This document shows positions 10,082 through 19,415 of a DNA stretch of 64,000 nt, piece by piece. A program made the translations under genes and the position numbers. Source of the DNA: Candidatus Obscuribacteraceae bacterium (GTDB lineage: Bacteria; Cyanobacteriota; Vampirovibrionia; Obscuribacterales; Obscuribacteraceae). A model generated the notes under the pieces. The model worked only from the letters and a program-made list of their open reading frames with translations, was not told the DNA's origin and did no database searches. The DNA lies in contig JBGAHS010000007.1 in NCBI GenBank assembly GCA_044226015.1, forward strand, positions 288,001 to 352,000, given 5' to 3'. Within the stretch, counting starts at the first letter, position 1; the number at the start of each line of letters is the position of its first letter.

Positions 10082-13000
10082 CTAGACAGCTACCGGATTT
10101 ACCAGAACCTTGGCCGAGTTAACGAAGTTTTTCTGGATGTCGATGCTCAAAGCTTCGCTTGCATTTACCCAGAACTGGCACCCTACGAGAATGGCCTGGC
10201 TTCTCTTTCCTTGAGGGAAATGCAGAAGTACCGGGTCGTCCCCTTTGTGCAAAGTAAGAATATGCTTGAGTTTATGCAGATCAGTAAAGGACTGATCTTG
10301 ATTGAAGAAGATGTTCACCAGGTTTGCGTCCGCTATTCGTCGCACGGAAGTTACTGAGACAGAGGTTGATTCATCGCCCTTGCGAATCTTACCTTTAATA
10401 AGCAAAAGAGATTGTGGCACCAAAATACTGGTGTCGATTTTCTCAAGAATGTCACCGAATGCCACTGCCTCGCAGCGTCCGGTCAAGTCTTCCAGATGGA
10501 TGATAGCAAGCAGCTTGTTGGTCTTTGTGAGTTTGCGTTCGATGCCACCCGCCAAACCACCAATAATTACTGAAGAACCGTCAGATGCCTCTCCGATGTC
10601 TCGGCAGGTATGCGTGGTGAGCCAGCGCAATCGGTTTGCCACGCGTTTTAATGGGTGGCTGGTTACGTAGAATCCCAGCAATTCATGTTCGAGATGCTGT
10701 AGTTCGTGCTCAGAAAATTCCCCGGGGTCTCCTTTGAGAGCAGTAGCTGTTTCAGCCAATGCTTCTGCACCAGCCATACTGAACAGGCTTATTTGGCCGC
10801 TTGCCTGCTGACTTTGTCTGCGGCTGGCTCCTTCAACCATGGAGTCAAGATTGGCAAGTGCCTGCTTTCTCGATACGCCAAGACTTACGCAGGCACCGCA
10901 CTTAATTAGTGCTTCAAGCGCCTTCTTACCAACAACGCGCAAGTCGATTTGTGCAAGCAAATCGGGGAAGGATGCGAACTTACCTTTCAATTCGCGCTTT
11001 GCCACAATTTCTTCAACTGCGGCTTCCCCGCAGTTTCTTACCGCGCCCATTCCGAACCTTATCGAGTTGCCGTCAGCCGTGAAGTCTCTACCAGAAACGT
11101 TAACGTCAGGGGGCAAAATGTCGATGCCCATTTGTTGGCATTCTGCGATATATCCCTGCACCTTATCTTTTTCGCTGGCCACACTTGTAAGCAGTGCAGT
11201 CATGTATTCGACTGGATAGTGTGTTTTTAAGTATGCCGTTTGATAAGTCAGAAAGGCATATGCCTGACTGTGCGACTTGTTGAAGCAGTATTCCGCAAAC
11301 TGTACCATCATGTCAAAGAGTTGGTTTGCAACCTGTTCTTTGATGTTGTTTTTGACGCAGCCTCCCACGAAAATTTCGCGCTGTTTCTCCATTTCGTCGG
11401 GTTTTTTCTTACCCATCGCGCGGCGCAGCAAGTCTGCTTGTCCGAGGCTATACCCTCCGAGGTACTGCGCAATCTGCATAACCTGCTCTTGATACACGAT
11501 TTGACCGTAGGTATCTTTGAGAATCGGAGCGAGCTCAGGAGTCATGTAAGTAATCGGAGTTTTCCCGTTCTTACAGTCGATGAATTTTTCGATCATTCCT
11601 GAATCAAGCGGACCCGGTCTATAGAGCGCGATTAGGGCTGAAAGGTCTTCAATTCCAGTTGGCTTCATGTCTCGAGCCACCTGTTTCATACCTGCGGAAG
11701 TTTCTAACTGGAATATCCCTGCAAGGTCTCCGTTACTGATGGTTCGAAAAGTCGCTTCATCGTCAATTGGTATTTTGAGGGGGTCTATCTCAATGCCGTG
11801 AATATGCTTGATGATTTGAATTGCTCTGTCGATCATCGTCAAGTTACGAAGACCGAGGAAGTCCATTTTCACGAGTCCGACGTATGCGCAATCTTCCATG
11901 TAGAACTGCGCAATGATTGTGCCGTCGTTATTCCTTTGAAGCGGCACTAGTTCTTGCATCGGTACGTCTGAAATGACTACACCAGCTGCGTGCATGCCGA
12001 AGGTTCTGTTGACACCTTCCAGCTTAAGCGCCAGGTCGATTACTTGTCGGGTTTCCTCGTCCGAGTTGTAAGCCTTCTTGAAGTCGGGATGGTCTGTGAC
12101 CATTTCCTCAAGTGGCGTTGGTTTGCCACGAACTACAGGCACCATTTTTGCAAGTTTTGTTGACTCTGAAAGCGGATATTGCAGTACTCTGGCAACGTCT
12201 TTGATAACTGCTTTACTGGTCATACGGTTGAATGTCACAATTTGTGCCACGTGGTCTTCACCGTATTTTTCAGACACGTACTTAATGACGCGGTCGCGCC
12301 GTTCGATACAGAAGTCGGTATCAATATCTGGCATCGACTTTCTTTCGGGATTCAGGAATCTCTCAAAAAGTAGATTGTATTTAATTGGGTCGATATCGGT
12401 AATTCCCAGCGCATATGCAACCAGGCTTCCCGCTGCTGAACCGCGTCCTGGTCCTACTGGAATGCCGTTCTTTCTTGCATAGTTGATGAAATCTTGAACG
12501 ATTAAGAAGTAAGAGCTGAAGTTCAAGTCGATAATAACTTTAAGTTCGATTCGTGCACGCTCTTCAATTTCGGGTGTAAGAACTCCATAACGTTCTTTAA
12601 TTCCCTCGAAGACCAGAAGGTCGAGAAAAGAGTGGTCTGTATGGCCTGCCGGAACTTCGAAAACAGGAAGTCGAGGATCTCCCCCGAGCTTTATGGCTTC
12701 TATTTTATCGGCAATCTCTAATGTGCTTGTGATTGATTCTTCAATGAATTCATCATCAAGGTGGTCTCGGAAAAGCCACCACATTTCATCGCCGTTCTTG
12801 ATGTATTCCCAACCGGTGAATTTCATACGGTTGGTATCCATGACCTGCTTGCCCATCGAGATGCAGAGCATCGCATCGTGCGCCATGGCATCGTCTTTGC
12901 AGGTGAAATGGCTATCGTTGGTGCATGCGAGTTTAATTCCAAGTTCGCGTGCAATTTTGACGAGCGGAATGTTTACTTTGCGATCTTCCCATTGTCCATG

Positions 13001-13531
13001 GTCCTGAATTTCTATGTAGTAGTGTTCGCCAAAGGTCTCTTTGTACCAGCTTGCAATTTTCTTGGCGCCCTCATAATCATCTGCGAGCAAATGTTGGCAA
13101 AGTTCAGCGCCAAGGCAACCAGAGAGAACAATCAAGCCCTCTTTGTGCTCTTCCAGAAGGGCGTGGTTCATTCGTGGCTTATAGTAATAGCCATCAAGAT
13201 GGGCTTGCGAACATAGTTTGATCAGGTTCTTGTAGCCTGCCGGATTCCGGGCAATAAGAGTGATGTGATAGATTGGAACTTTTGTCTTCTTATCTCGGAT
13301 ATCGCCATGGATCATGTATCCTTCCATGCCGAGAATAGGTTTTATGCCACCGATTTCTTTGCAAACCTTGGTCAATTCTATGGCACCATACATGACACCA
13401 TGGTCAGTCATGGCCACGGCAGGCATATTTTCTGCCTTCGCCTTTTTGACCAGGGCTTTCATGGTGGTGGCACCATCTAAAAGGCTGTATTCAGTGTGAA
13501 GATGCAAAGGAACGTATGGACGCGGACTCAT
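10082..13531 (-). CDS. dnaE: DNA polymerase III alpha subunit (unsplit, intein-free)
   Basis: PHP motif LHLHTEYSLLDG; GPGRGSAAGS; PDIDTDF; KMDFLGL; FNKSHS; C-terminal OB fold. Confidence 0.98.
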   Translation of the reverse strand: MSPRPYVPLHLHTEYSLLDGATTMKALVKKAKAENMPAVAMTDHGVMYGAIELTKVCKEIGGIKPILGMEGYMIHGDIRDKKTKVPIYHITLIARNPAGYKNLIKLCSQAHLDGYYYKPRMNHALLEEHKEGLIVLSGCLGAELCQHLLADDYEGAKKIASWYKETFGEHYYIEIQDHGQWEDRKVNIPLVKIARELGIKLACTNDSHFTCKDDAMAHDAMLCISMGKQVMDTNRMKFTGWEYIKNGDEMWWLFRDHLDDEFIEESITSTLEIADKIEAIKLGGDPRLPVFEVPAGHTDHSFLDLLVFEGIKERYGVLTPEIEERARIELKVIIDLNFSSYFLIVQDFINYARKNGIPVGPGRGSAAGSLVAYALGITDIDPIKYNLLFERFLNPERKSMPDIDTDFCIERRDRVIKYVSEKYGEDHVAQIVTFNRMTSKAVIKDVARVLQYPLSESTKLAKMVPVVRGKPTPLEEMVTDHPDFKKAYNSDEETRQVIDLALKLEGVNRTFGMHAAGVVISDVPMQELVPLQRNNDGTIIAQFYMEDCAYVGLVKMDFLGLRNLTMIDRAIQIIKHIHGIEIDPLKIPIDDEATFRTISNGDLAGIFQLETSAGMKQVARDMKPTGIEDLSALIALYRPGPLDSGMIEKFIDCKNGKTPITYMTPELAPILKDTYGQIVYQEQVMQIAQYLGGYSLGQADLLRRAMGKKKPDEMEKQREIFVGGCVKNNIKEQVANQLFDMMVQFAEYCFNKSHSQAYAFLTYQTAYLKTHYPVEYMTALLTSVASEKDKVQGYIAECQQMGIDILPPDVNVSGRDFTADGNSIRFGMGAVRNCGEAAVEEIVAKRELKGKFASFPDLLAQIDLRVVGKKALEALIKCGACVSLGVSRKQALANLDSMVEGASRRQSQQASGQISLFSMAGAEALAETATALKGDPGEFSEHELQHLEHELLGFYVTSHPLKRVANRLRWLTTHTCRDIGEASDGSSVIIGGLAGGIERKLTKTNKLLAIIHLEDLTGRCEAVAFGDILEKIDTSILVPQSLLLIKGKIRKGDESTSVSVTSVRRIADANLVNIFFNQDQSFTDLHKLKHILTLHKGDDPVLLHFPQGKRSQAILVGCQFWVNASEALSIDIQKNFVNSAKVLVNPVAV

Positions 13532-14045
13532 CTCGTACTCCGAATTGCTGCTGACGCTGTCTCGCGCAGGGCGAGATAGCGAGTGTATATATCAGTATGA
13601 CGCTATAGCTATTTTATCGCTCACTAATCTCTATAACGTAAATCGGCAGCAGGAAGTTCAAAATATGCGCATTAATTCTAAATCGATCAGTTTCTAAGTG
13701 GCCGATTTGTCAGATTTCAGCGTCATAAAACGGGTTGTTAAATCTGCTCTGGGGTACCGCAATGGGATGTCAGTTTTTGTGTGGCTGTAAAGGGGCCGAG
13801 TAGTGGTTATCGAACATGACGTGTCGAATGGCACAAAATTTGTATTGATGCTCATGAGGAAAATGAATTCATTGGCATCGTATTTGGTGCCGGCGAGTTT
13901 ATTTGACAGAATTGAGGCGATGACCATCACTTCGTGTGAAGTGCGGTATGGACGCCGCGCGTCGTGCCGGCGCTGGCTGTAGACCCTGCCTGCTGGCGGT
14001 CTCCGGAAGCCTCCTGCGATATTGGGCGAGGTTTTACTCTTGCGG

Positions 14046-14127
14046 AATTATGCAGTTCTAATACGTAATTACCACATCTGAGGACACAAGAATTTCACGA
14101 ATCGCGCTTAACTTGAACTCATTCAAG
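14046..14127 (+). promoter_or_regulatory. conserved upstream element, copy 1
   Basis: TACGTAATT-N14-CACAAGAATTTCACGAAT-N4-CTTAACTTGAACTCAT, closely matching 16397-16461. Confidence 0.6.
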
Positions 14128-14186
14128 AAAACGAAACAGTTTTTTTTGAATTACAGAACTGTTCAAAACACAGTTTCTTCAGAGGA

Positions 14187-14250
14187 TTCGCCCGTTTCAA
14201 AGTTGACCGTTTCTGCTCCCTCCTAAACAGTCAACTTTAAAACAGACGAA
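14187..14250 (-). other. 26-bp hairpin with a 12-nt AGGAGGGAGCAG loop (candidate structured RNA)
   Basis: Arms 14187-14212 and 14225-14250; all 4 mismatches are G-U pairs on the minus strand. Confidence 0.6.
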
Positions 14251-14500
14251 AAAAGGAAACGAGACAATTGCGACCATTTGACAGGTCGTCATTGTAAATC
14301 AGCTAATCATGCTGGTTTTGCTCGTGCATGTACGAAGTAAAAACTGCTTCTGCCAGTGCTTCGTGATTAAGATGATTGAGTAGGTCACCATTTGTGATAC
14401 CAGGGGTCTATTCAATTTCATTAGGTCTCAAATTACTCAAAATTTGCCTCCTCTCAGCTTCATCAATAGCTCGTTCACCTCACTCATCGAACCAAAAAAG

Positions 14501-14690
14501 AGTCCGTCCACCCCAATTCTGTATCTTTCAAGCGTTCGATGTCGGTTTTTCGATCCACCTGAATAGTCCGTCCACCCCCATGTTCGAACCATTCTAATAG
14601 TCCGTCCACCCCACAACGGTCCACCCATTAGTTCGTCCACCCCCATGTTCGAACTGTCCGTTCACCCTAATGTTCGTTCTTCCACCTAAG
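14501..14690. repeat. cluster of degenerate GTCCGTCCACCCC motifs
   Basis: Copies or variants at 14502, 14566, 14600, 14619, 14631, 14656 and 14672; CCCCATGTTCGAAC occurs twice. Confidence 0.8.
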
Positions 14691-14797
14691 ACTTCATGTT
14701 GGATTCGCAGCACCCCCCAAGGTGAATCCATTCCGCCCAATGGCTCATGTACAGCGATAAGGTTCGCGTGTGCAAGGCAGGAACTGGAGAATACAAA

Positions 14798-16204
14798 ATG
14801 ACTCACGAATTTGAAGAAAGCAAAAACGATAACACGCGCCACGCACTGGTCGATTTCCTAGATCAGAAGCCCGACTACTCGCGCTCTTTTGACCCCTATG
14901 ATATGTACAGAGGTATCCAGGCAGTTTCCCAGATAGTGGGACGCTCGGACTCTGGTCGCTCACCATCAGACCCTGCACGCATTCCCGATAATGTTGAATG
15001 CGTGGGTGGACAATGCGTAGCTCTCTCTTTGGATGATGCGGCTAAGGAGATGGCTAAGATTTCTGAATCTGCCAACAGAGTGAGTGTTACAGATCACTCG
15101 AATCTTCCAGACAATGTTGAGTGTGTCGGTAATGAATGCCGCGTTCTCAGCCCAGAAGAATTGGCGCAGGAGAAAGCGAAGCTGGCGGGATATCCAGCCG
15201 TTGAGATAACGCAGAATCCCACGCTTCCAGACAATGTCAAATGTGTAGGCAATGAGTGCCGAGAAATGTCACCGACGGAAGCTGCAGCCGAGCGAGCCAA
15301 GATGCATGCTGCGGGAAACAACTTCGAAGTTTATATGCCTAAGGGACAGATTCCAGACAATGTTGTTTGTATTGGAGGCGAATGCCGAATTCTCACTCCA
15401 GAGGAAATCGCAGACGAGAGAGCCAGGTACGAAAGTGCATCTCATGCAGCTTGCTCTTGTGTCAACTGTCACATCCCTGAAAACGTTAAGTGTATTGGAA
15501 ACGAATGTGTTCAGCTCACTCCTGAACAAGTCGCAGCCGAAAAAGCCGGTCTTCTTTCAAATGGCGATGGCAACGTACATATCTCAAGCTGTTGCAAGAT
15601 ACCTGATAATGTTGTTTGTATTGGCGGCGAGTGCAGAGTCCTAACTCCTGAGGAATTGTCGCAAGAACGTGCAAAAATGAAAGGCGCAAGTGAACATGTT
15701 TGCTCTTGCTGTCGAGTGCCAGACAATGTTGAATGCATTGGCGACCAATGCCGAGTTCTATCGCCAGAAGAAATGCAAGCAGAGAAAGAAAGGCTTCGTG
15801 CTGCTGGCGGTTCCGTCAGTATCAGTTCTTGCAAAATTCCAGATAATGTTGAGTGTGTTGGAAACGAATGTCGAGTTCTTAGCCCAGAAGAAGTTGCTGC
15901 AGAGCGCGCCAAGATTGCTGCTTCTGAAAACAAGTACAACAAAGATGCCTGTGAGACACAAACCCCATCCAACGTGGAGTGTGTCGGAGATGAGTGCCGA
16001 CCACTTTCTCCAAAAGAGGCAGTTTCCGAGCGCTTACGCTTGCGTTCCCTTGGTGGCAAAAAGGTTCAAGTAAATCATGAAGCCATTCCAGAAAATGTTG
16101 AGTGTGTAGGCAATGAGTGCTATGAGCTGACCCCTCCACAGATGGCTGCAGAGCGGGCACGAGTCCATGCTGCTAAAGAAGTCTCCTGGTGGCTGAAACT
16201 ATAG
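14798..16204 (+). CDS. Cys-rich repeat protein, ten ~41-aa repeats (P-D/E-N-V-x-C-V/I-G-x-x-C-x3-S/T-P-E-E)
   Basis: RBS GGAG before MTHEF; ten repeats counted in the translation; about 30 Cys; no signal peptide. Confidence 0.9.
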   Translation: MTHEFEESKNDNTRHALVDFLDQKPDYSRSFDPYDMYRGIQAVSQIVGRSDSGRSPSDPARIPDNVECVGGQCVALSLDDAAKEMAKISESANRVSVTDHSNLPDNVECVGNECRVLSPEELAQEKAKLAGYPAVEITQNPTLPDNVKCVGNECREMSPTEAAAERAKMHAAGNNFEVYMPKGQIPDNVVCIGGECRILTPEEIADERARYESASHAACSCVNCHIPENVKCIGNECVQLTPEQVAAEKAGLLSNGDGNVHISSCCKIPDNVVCIGGECRVLTPEELSQERAKMKGASEHVCSCCRVPDNVECIGDQCRVLSPEEMQAEKERLRAAGGSVSISSCKIPDNVECVGNECRVLSPEEVAAERAKIAASENKYNKDACETQTPSNVECVGDECRPLSPKEAVSERLRLRSLGGKKVQVNHEAIPENVECVGNECYELTPPQMAAERARVHAAKEVSWWLKL

Positions 16205-16268
16205 ATTCTATGCAAATCCGGAAAGCAGGCTGGCTGCCAGTCAAAACATATCCGGAACGCATTGAAAT

Positions 16269-16312
16269 AAGCGGAGGCAGTTGCTCCCCAGTTCTGCCTC
16301 CGCTTTTTGTTT
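16269..16312 (+). terminator. intrinsic terminator
   Basis: AAGCGGAGGCAG-N13-CTGCCTCCGCTT followed by TTTGTTT. Confidence 0.85.
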
Positions 16313-16358
16313 TCGCAGCTTTGCGTGGCATGTATGTCTATGCACTGCAAACTAAACA

Positions 16359-16461
16359 ATTACGCAGTTTAACCCCACATATTTAAGTGAAACGAGTACG
16401 TAATTCCCCCATACGTGTCACAAGAATTCCACAAATAGAACTTAACTTTAACTCATCGAAG
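16359..16461 (+). promoter_or_regulatory. conserved upstream element, copy 2
   Basis: TACGTAATT-N13-CACAAGAATTCCACAAAT-N4-CTTAACTTTAACTCAT, about 95 bp before the thioredoxin start. Confidence 0.6.
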
Positions 16462-16555
16462 GTTGATCGGTGTTCTGGGACTGTCGCTGTTGTTGAGTTG
16501 AGCTGCTTTAAGGGCTCGATTCCCGCTCTCATGCCGGCCTGGAGAAACCTAATAA

Positions 16556-17614
16556 ATGCCACCTGAAGTAGAAGAATCTCGTGCTAAGCCAACGACTCAG
16601 AGCGATGCTCCGCCGAGTTTTGATTTTTTCGGCTTTCACCAGCAAGGAAAAACAATGAGCGACAATAACGCTCTGTCTCAAAAAGATAAGCCTCAGAGTT
16701 CTATCGAAATTACTAATCCATTTTCTTTCAATCAAGGTTTAAGCAAGCAAGAGTCCGGAAGCAAGCAGAACGTTGGACGTGCTAGCGACAACGACAAAGG
16801 AGTTTCGTCCAAGCCGGCAGGAAAAGATGATGTTGGTGCATCGAAAAAGCCAGACAACATGATTTGTGTTGACGGAATTTGTCGCCCGATGACTCCGGCA
16901 GAGATGGAGAGAGAGGCGGCTAAAAGAGCAGGAAAGCATGACGCTACCTTTCCAATTCCACCGTTTGATTTTTCCAAGTATGGCACCGTTGACGGTGGCG
17001 TTAAACAAGCTGGGTATGATGCGCCAGCTGATAAGACAAGCAAACCATCTGACAGTTTAAAAGAACTGCCTAATCTCACACCACCAGGTTCTTCAACAGG
17101 CAGAAGTTCAATTATTGATGCCTATGAGCGTCGGCAAGGAGCACGCCAGGCTGGCGGAGGTGCACTTCCTTCAATAGATGCAATACCAAATAATCCTAAC
17201 CAGAACCCAGGCTCTGACCTGAAACCCTGGACACCTCCTCAAGACAGAAACAATAACAACAATGACAGCATTGACCCATCTGCGAGGGAAGTCCTTCATC
17301 TCTCCAGTAAGGAACAGCTAGATAATGAAATAAAGAACTCAAAAGTACCTGTCATTGTTGATTTTTATGCCACCTGGTGCGGTCCTTGCCAGAGGCTTGG
17401 TCCAAAGCTTGAGTCCTTAGCAAGAGACCAGGGCGGCGCCGTTAAAGTCATTAAGGTTGATGGAGATCAGTTCCCTGAGCTTGTTTCGCAGTACGGGGTT
17501 AGTGGGTACCCAACACTAGTTTCCTTCAAGAATGGTTCTGAGTCCGAAAGAACCAGTGGCGATCAGGCAACCAGCACATTGCAATCGCTTGCTAAAAGGC
17601 TTCGTAATCGTTAG
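16556..17614 (+). CDS. thioredoxin-domain protein with a long disordered N-terminus containing one Cys-pair repeat
   Basis: C-terminal VIVDFYATWCGPC...YGVSGYPTLV; N-terminal PDNMICVDGICRPMTPAE. Confidence 0.92.
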   Translation: MPPEVEESRAKPTTQSDAPPSFDFFGFHQQGKTMSDNNALSQKDKPQSSIEITNPFSFNQGLSKQESGSKQNVGRASDNDKGVSSKPAGKDDVGASKKPDNMICVDGICRPMTPAEMEREAAKRAGKHDATFPIPPFDFSKYGTVDGGVKQAGYDAPADKTSKPSDSLKELPNLTPPGSSTGRSSIIDAYERRQGARQAGGGALPSIDAIPNNPNQNPGSDLKPWTPPQDRNNNNNDSIDPSAREVLHLSSKEQLDNEIKNSKVPVIVDFYATWCGPCQRLGPKLESLARDQGGAVKVIKVDGDQFPELVSQYGVSGYPTLVSFKNGSESERTSGDQATSTLQSLAKRLRNR

Positions 17615-17687
17615 TTCTTAGCTAATAGATCCTCATCAACGGCAGATTTATTGATCTTCCGGAATTGCGGATCTCGACTAAAGCAAA

Positions 17688-17712
17688 AGAGGCAAGCTTA
17701 ACACTTGCCTCT
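17688..17712. terminator. probable bidirectional terminator
   Basis: AGAGGCAAG-N7-CTTGCCTCT between convergent genes, with A/T runs nearby. Confidence 0.6.
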
Positions 17713-17736
17713 CACGTCTTTTTTTGACTGTTGAAA

Positions 17737-17985
17737 CTATACTGTTTCAAGCTGTCCTTGTATGATTTCGGCCAGACGACTGCGGCGCGGGCGACGGGCT
17801 GCGAACTTTTGATGCGAGCCTGTTTTGTTATTCAGAGCCTGCTCTGCAAGCATTGCACGAGTGGCTTCCTGCACTTCGACTTGAGCTATGGCTTGTCTCA
17901 TCCACATCTTGAGACAGTCCATCTCTTCGTTAGTCAAATTCAATTCGTCCATGTGAACCTCCATTAGTTCATTGACCCCGCGCAT
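17737..17985 (-). CDS. small hypothetical protein
   Basis: 82-aa helical ORF ending near a terminator; start uncertain. Confidence 0.55.
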   Translation of the reverse strand: MRGVNELMEVHMDELNLTNEEMDCLKMWMRQAIAQVEVQEATRAMLAEQALNNKTGSHQKFAARRPRRSRLAEIIQGQLETV

Positions 17986-18467
17986 TCTTGGGGAGTCCTC
18001 GGAGAAGTAGGATTGGAAGTCCTCTCCCCGCCCTGCCAGACTTACCAGGCTTATGTGTCAGCCTCTGACATTTGTGACATGAGAGCGTGACGCATCTGTC
18101 GCGTATCCGAGCTGTTCATTCACTTCTCTAGTATTTGCCGGACTAGCCAAGATGTAAATGACTTGACAACTAATAGTTAAATTAGGAAACGCTTATGGGC
18201 AGCGCTTTACAGCGTTTAATCTTTTTCTCGATATAAGCAGAATAGGCTTGAACGTCAGGTTTGAACAATGCAACTTAGATCTAATTTAGAGTTCTAGGCT
18301 TCAAAGAGGGCAGAAGAAGCCCCTTGCGAAAGGCTTTTCACATTTCAAATCTGTTTAAAGATAGTGTCATCGCTGCTGGGGAATTGGTGTTCACAATGAG
18401 TTCTGGATGAGACACCACTTATAGTGCCAGCCACAAACTAAAAGCGCGCCTTCAATAAAGCCCGCAT

Positions 18468-19415
18468 TCAATATACATATGGAATAAGGAGCCAAGAGCG
18501 TTGTTGGTATTCAATGTAAGCTTGGGACAAAGCCTTAATTCGTTGCGTTTCTATTTCTGTAAGTTCCCATTTAAACAGAATAAGCAGTCCAGGAATTGTA
18601 AGCAGAGGCATCCAGGCTGATAGAGCTATTGAAATGCCTATTAGCTCAACTAGAATGGCAAAACGTTCTGGATAGCGCAGCGAGTCCCAAATTCCTGAAG
18701 TTTTGATTGAGGAGCATATCGTATTCTTGTCACGTTCTGTTGAGATTGTGCTGCCACCAGATATGGTGCCTTCCATTTCCGGTTTCTCTGACTCAGCATC
18801 TGGAACGTTTTTGCCAGATGAAGGTTCTAATTCCGTTGGACTCTCCAGGCTGTGCTCTTGCTCAATGTTCTCGCCTACTGATTGTGAATCAGAATTTGCC
18901 GTTTCCTGTTTGCTCTTATTTTTTTCACTCGTATTATCTTCTTGCGCAGAGCTTGCAGCCATCAAAGCGTCCAGAAGTTCTCTGGGTTTTGTCTTTTGTG
19001 CAGACCACGAAAGGTAAATGCCGGCTGCGAGAACTAGAAGACCAGCATCTCGCCACAATTCCGACCTGATGCAAGCTGTGTTCAATTTGTCGCAGAGGGA
19101 AGAACAAGCTACAAAAAGGAAAAATACAAACGGCAAAAAGAACTTCATGAATCGCGTTCGACGCTTATCAGCAAGTTCGTGCACGAATGGATAAGTGTGT
19201 GCTCCTCGAATTAGTCCGTCTGCAAAAAGCAATATCAACATGGCGTATTCTTGCCAGTGCAAGAGCATTTCCTGGAACTGACCAGAAAGATAAACTTGCC
19301 TTCTAACGAACACCAATCCTATTATTGCAATTGTGAGTTCGACAATTCCAAATCTCAAGGCTGCAGCAGTCGAACTCTTTGTCTTTTCCACTTCAGTGAT
19401 CGCCTGCGCCACCAA
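18468..19415 (-). CDS. divergent isoprenylcysteine carboxylmethyltransferase (ICMT/PEMT)-like membrane protein with an acidic insertion
   Basis: Multi-TM; TSGIWDSLRYP resembles TxGxYxxxRHP; C-terminal Y..Y...LIPYVY; overlaps the ruvA stop. Confidence 0.6.
   Translation of the reverse strand: MVAQAITEVEKTKSSTAAALRFGIVELTIAIIGLVFVRRQVYLSGQFQEMLLHWQEYAMLILLFADGLIRGAHTYPFVHELADKRRTRFMKFFLPFVFFLFVACSSLCDKLNTACIRSELWRDAGLLVLAAGIYLSWSAQKTKPRELLDALMAASSAQEDNTSEKNKSKQETANSDSQSVGENIEQEHSLESPTELEPSSGKNVPDAESEKPEMEGTISGGSTISTERDKNTICSSIKTSGIWDSLRYPERFAILVELIGISIALSAWMPLLTIPGLLILFKWELTEIETQRIKALSQAYIEYQQRSWLLIPYVY

Noticed and set aside
13945..14035. GC-rich segment with small hairpins as a riboswitch or ncRNA
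   Set aside because: Only short stems and no recognisable family motif; needs an Rfam search
14187..14250. Retron msd or DGR element
   Set aside because: No reverse transcriptase in the window and no template/variable repeat pair seen
13532..14797. Replication origin in the long intergenic region
   Set aside because: No cluster of TTATCCACA-type DnaA boxes seen
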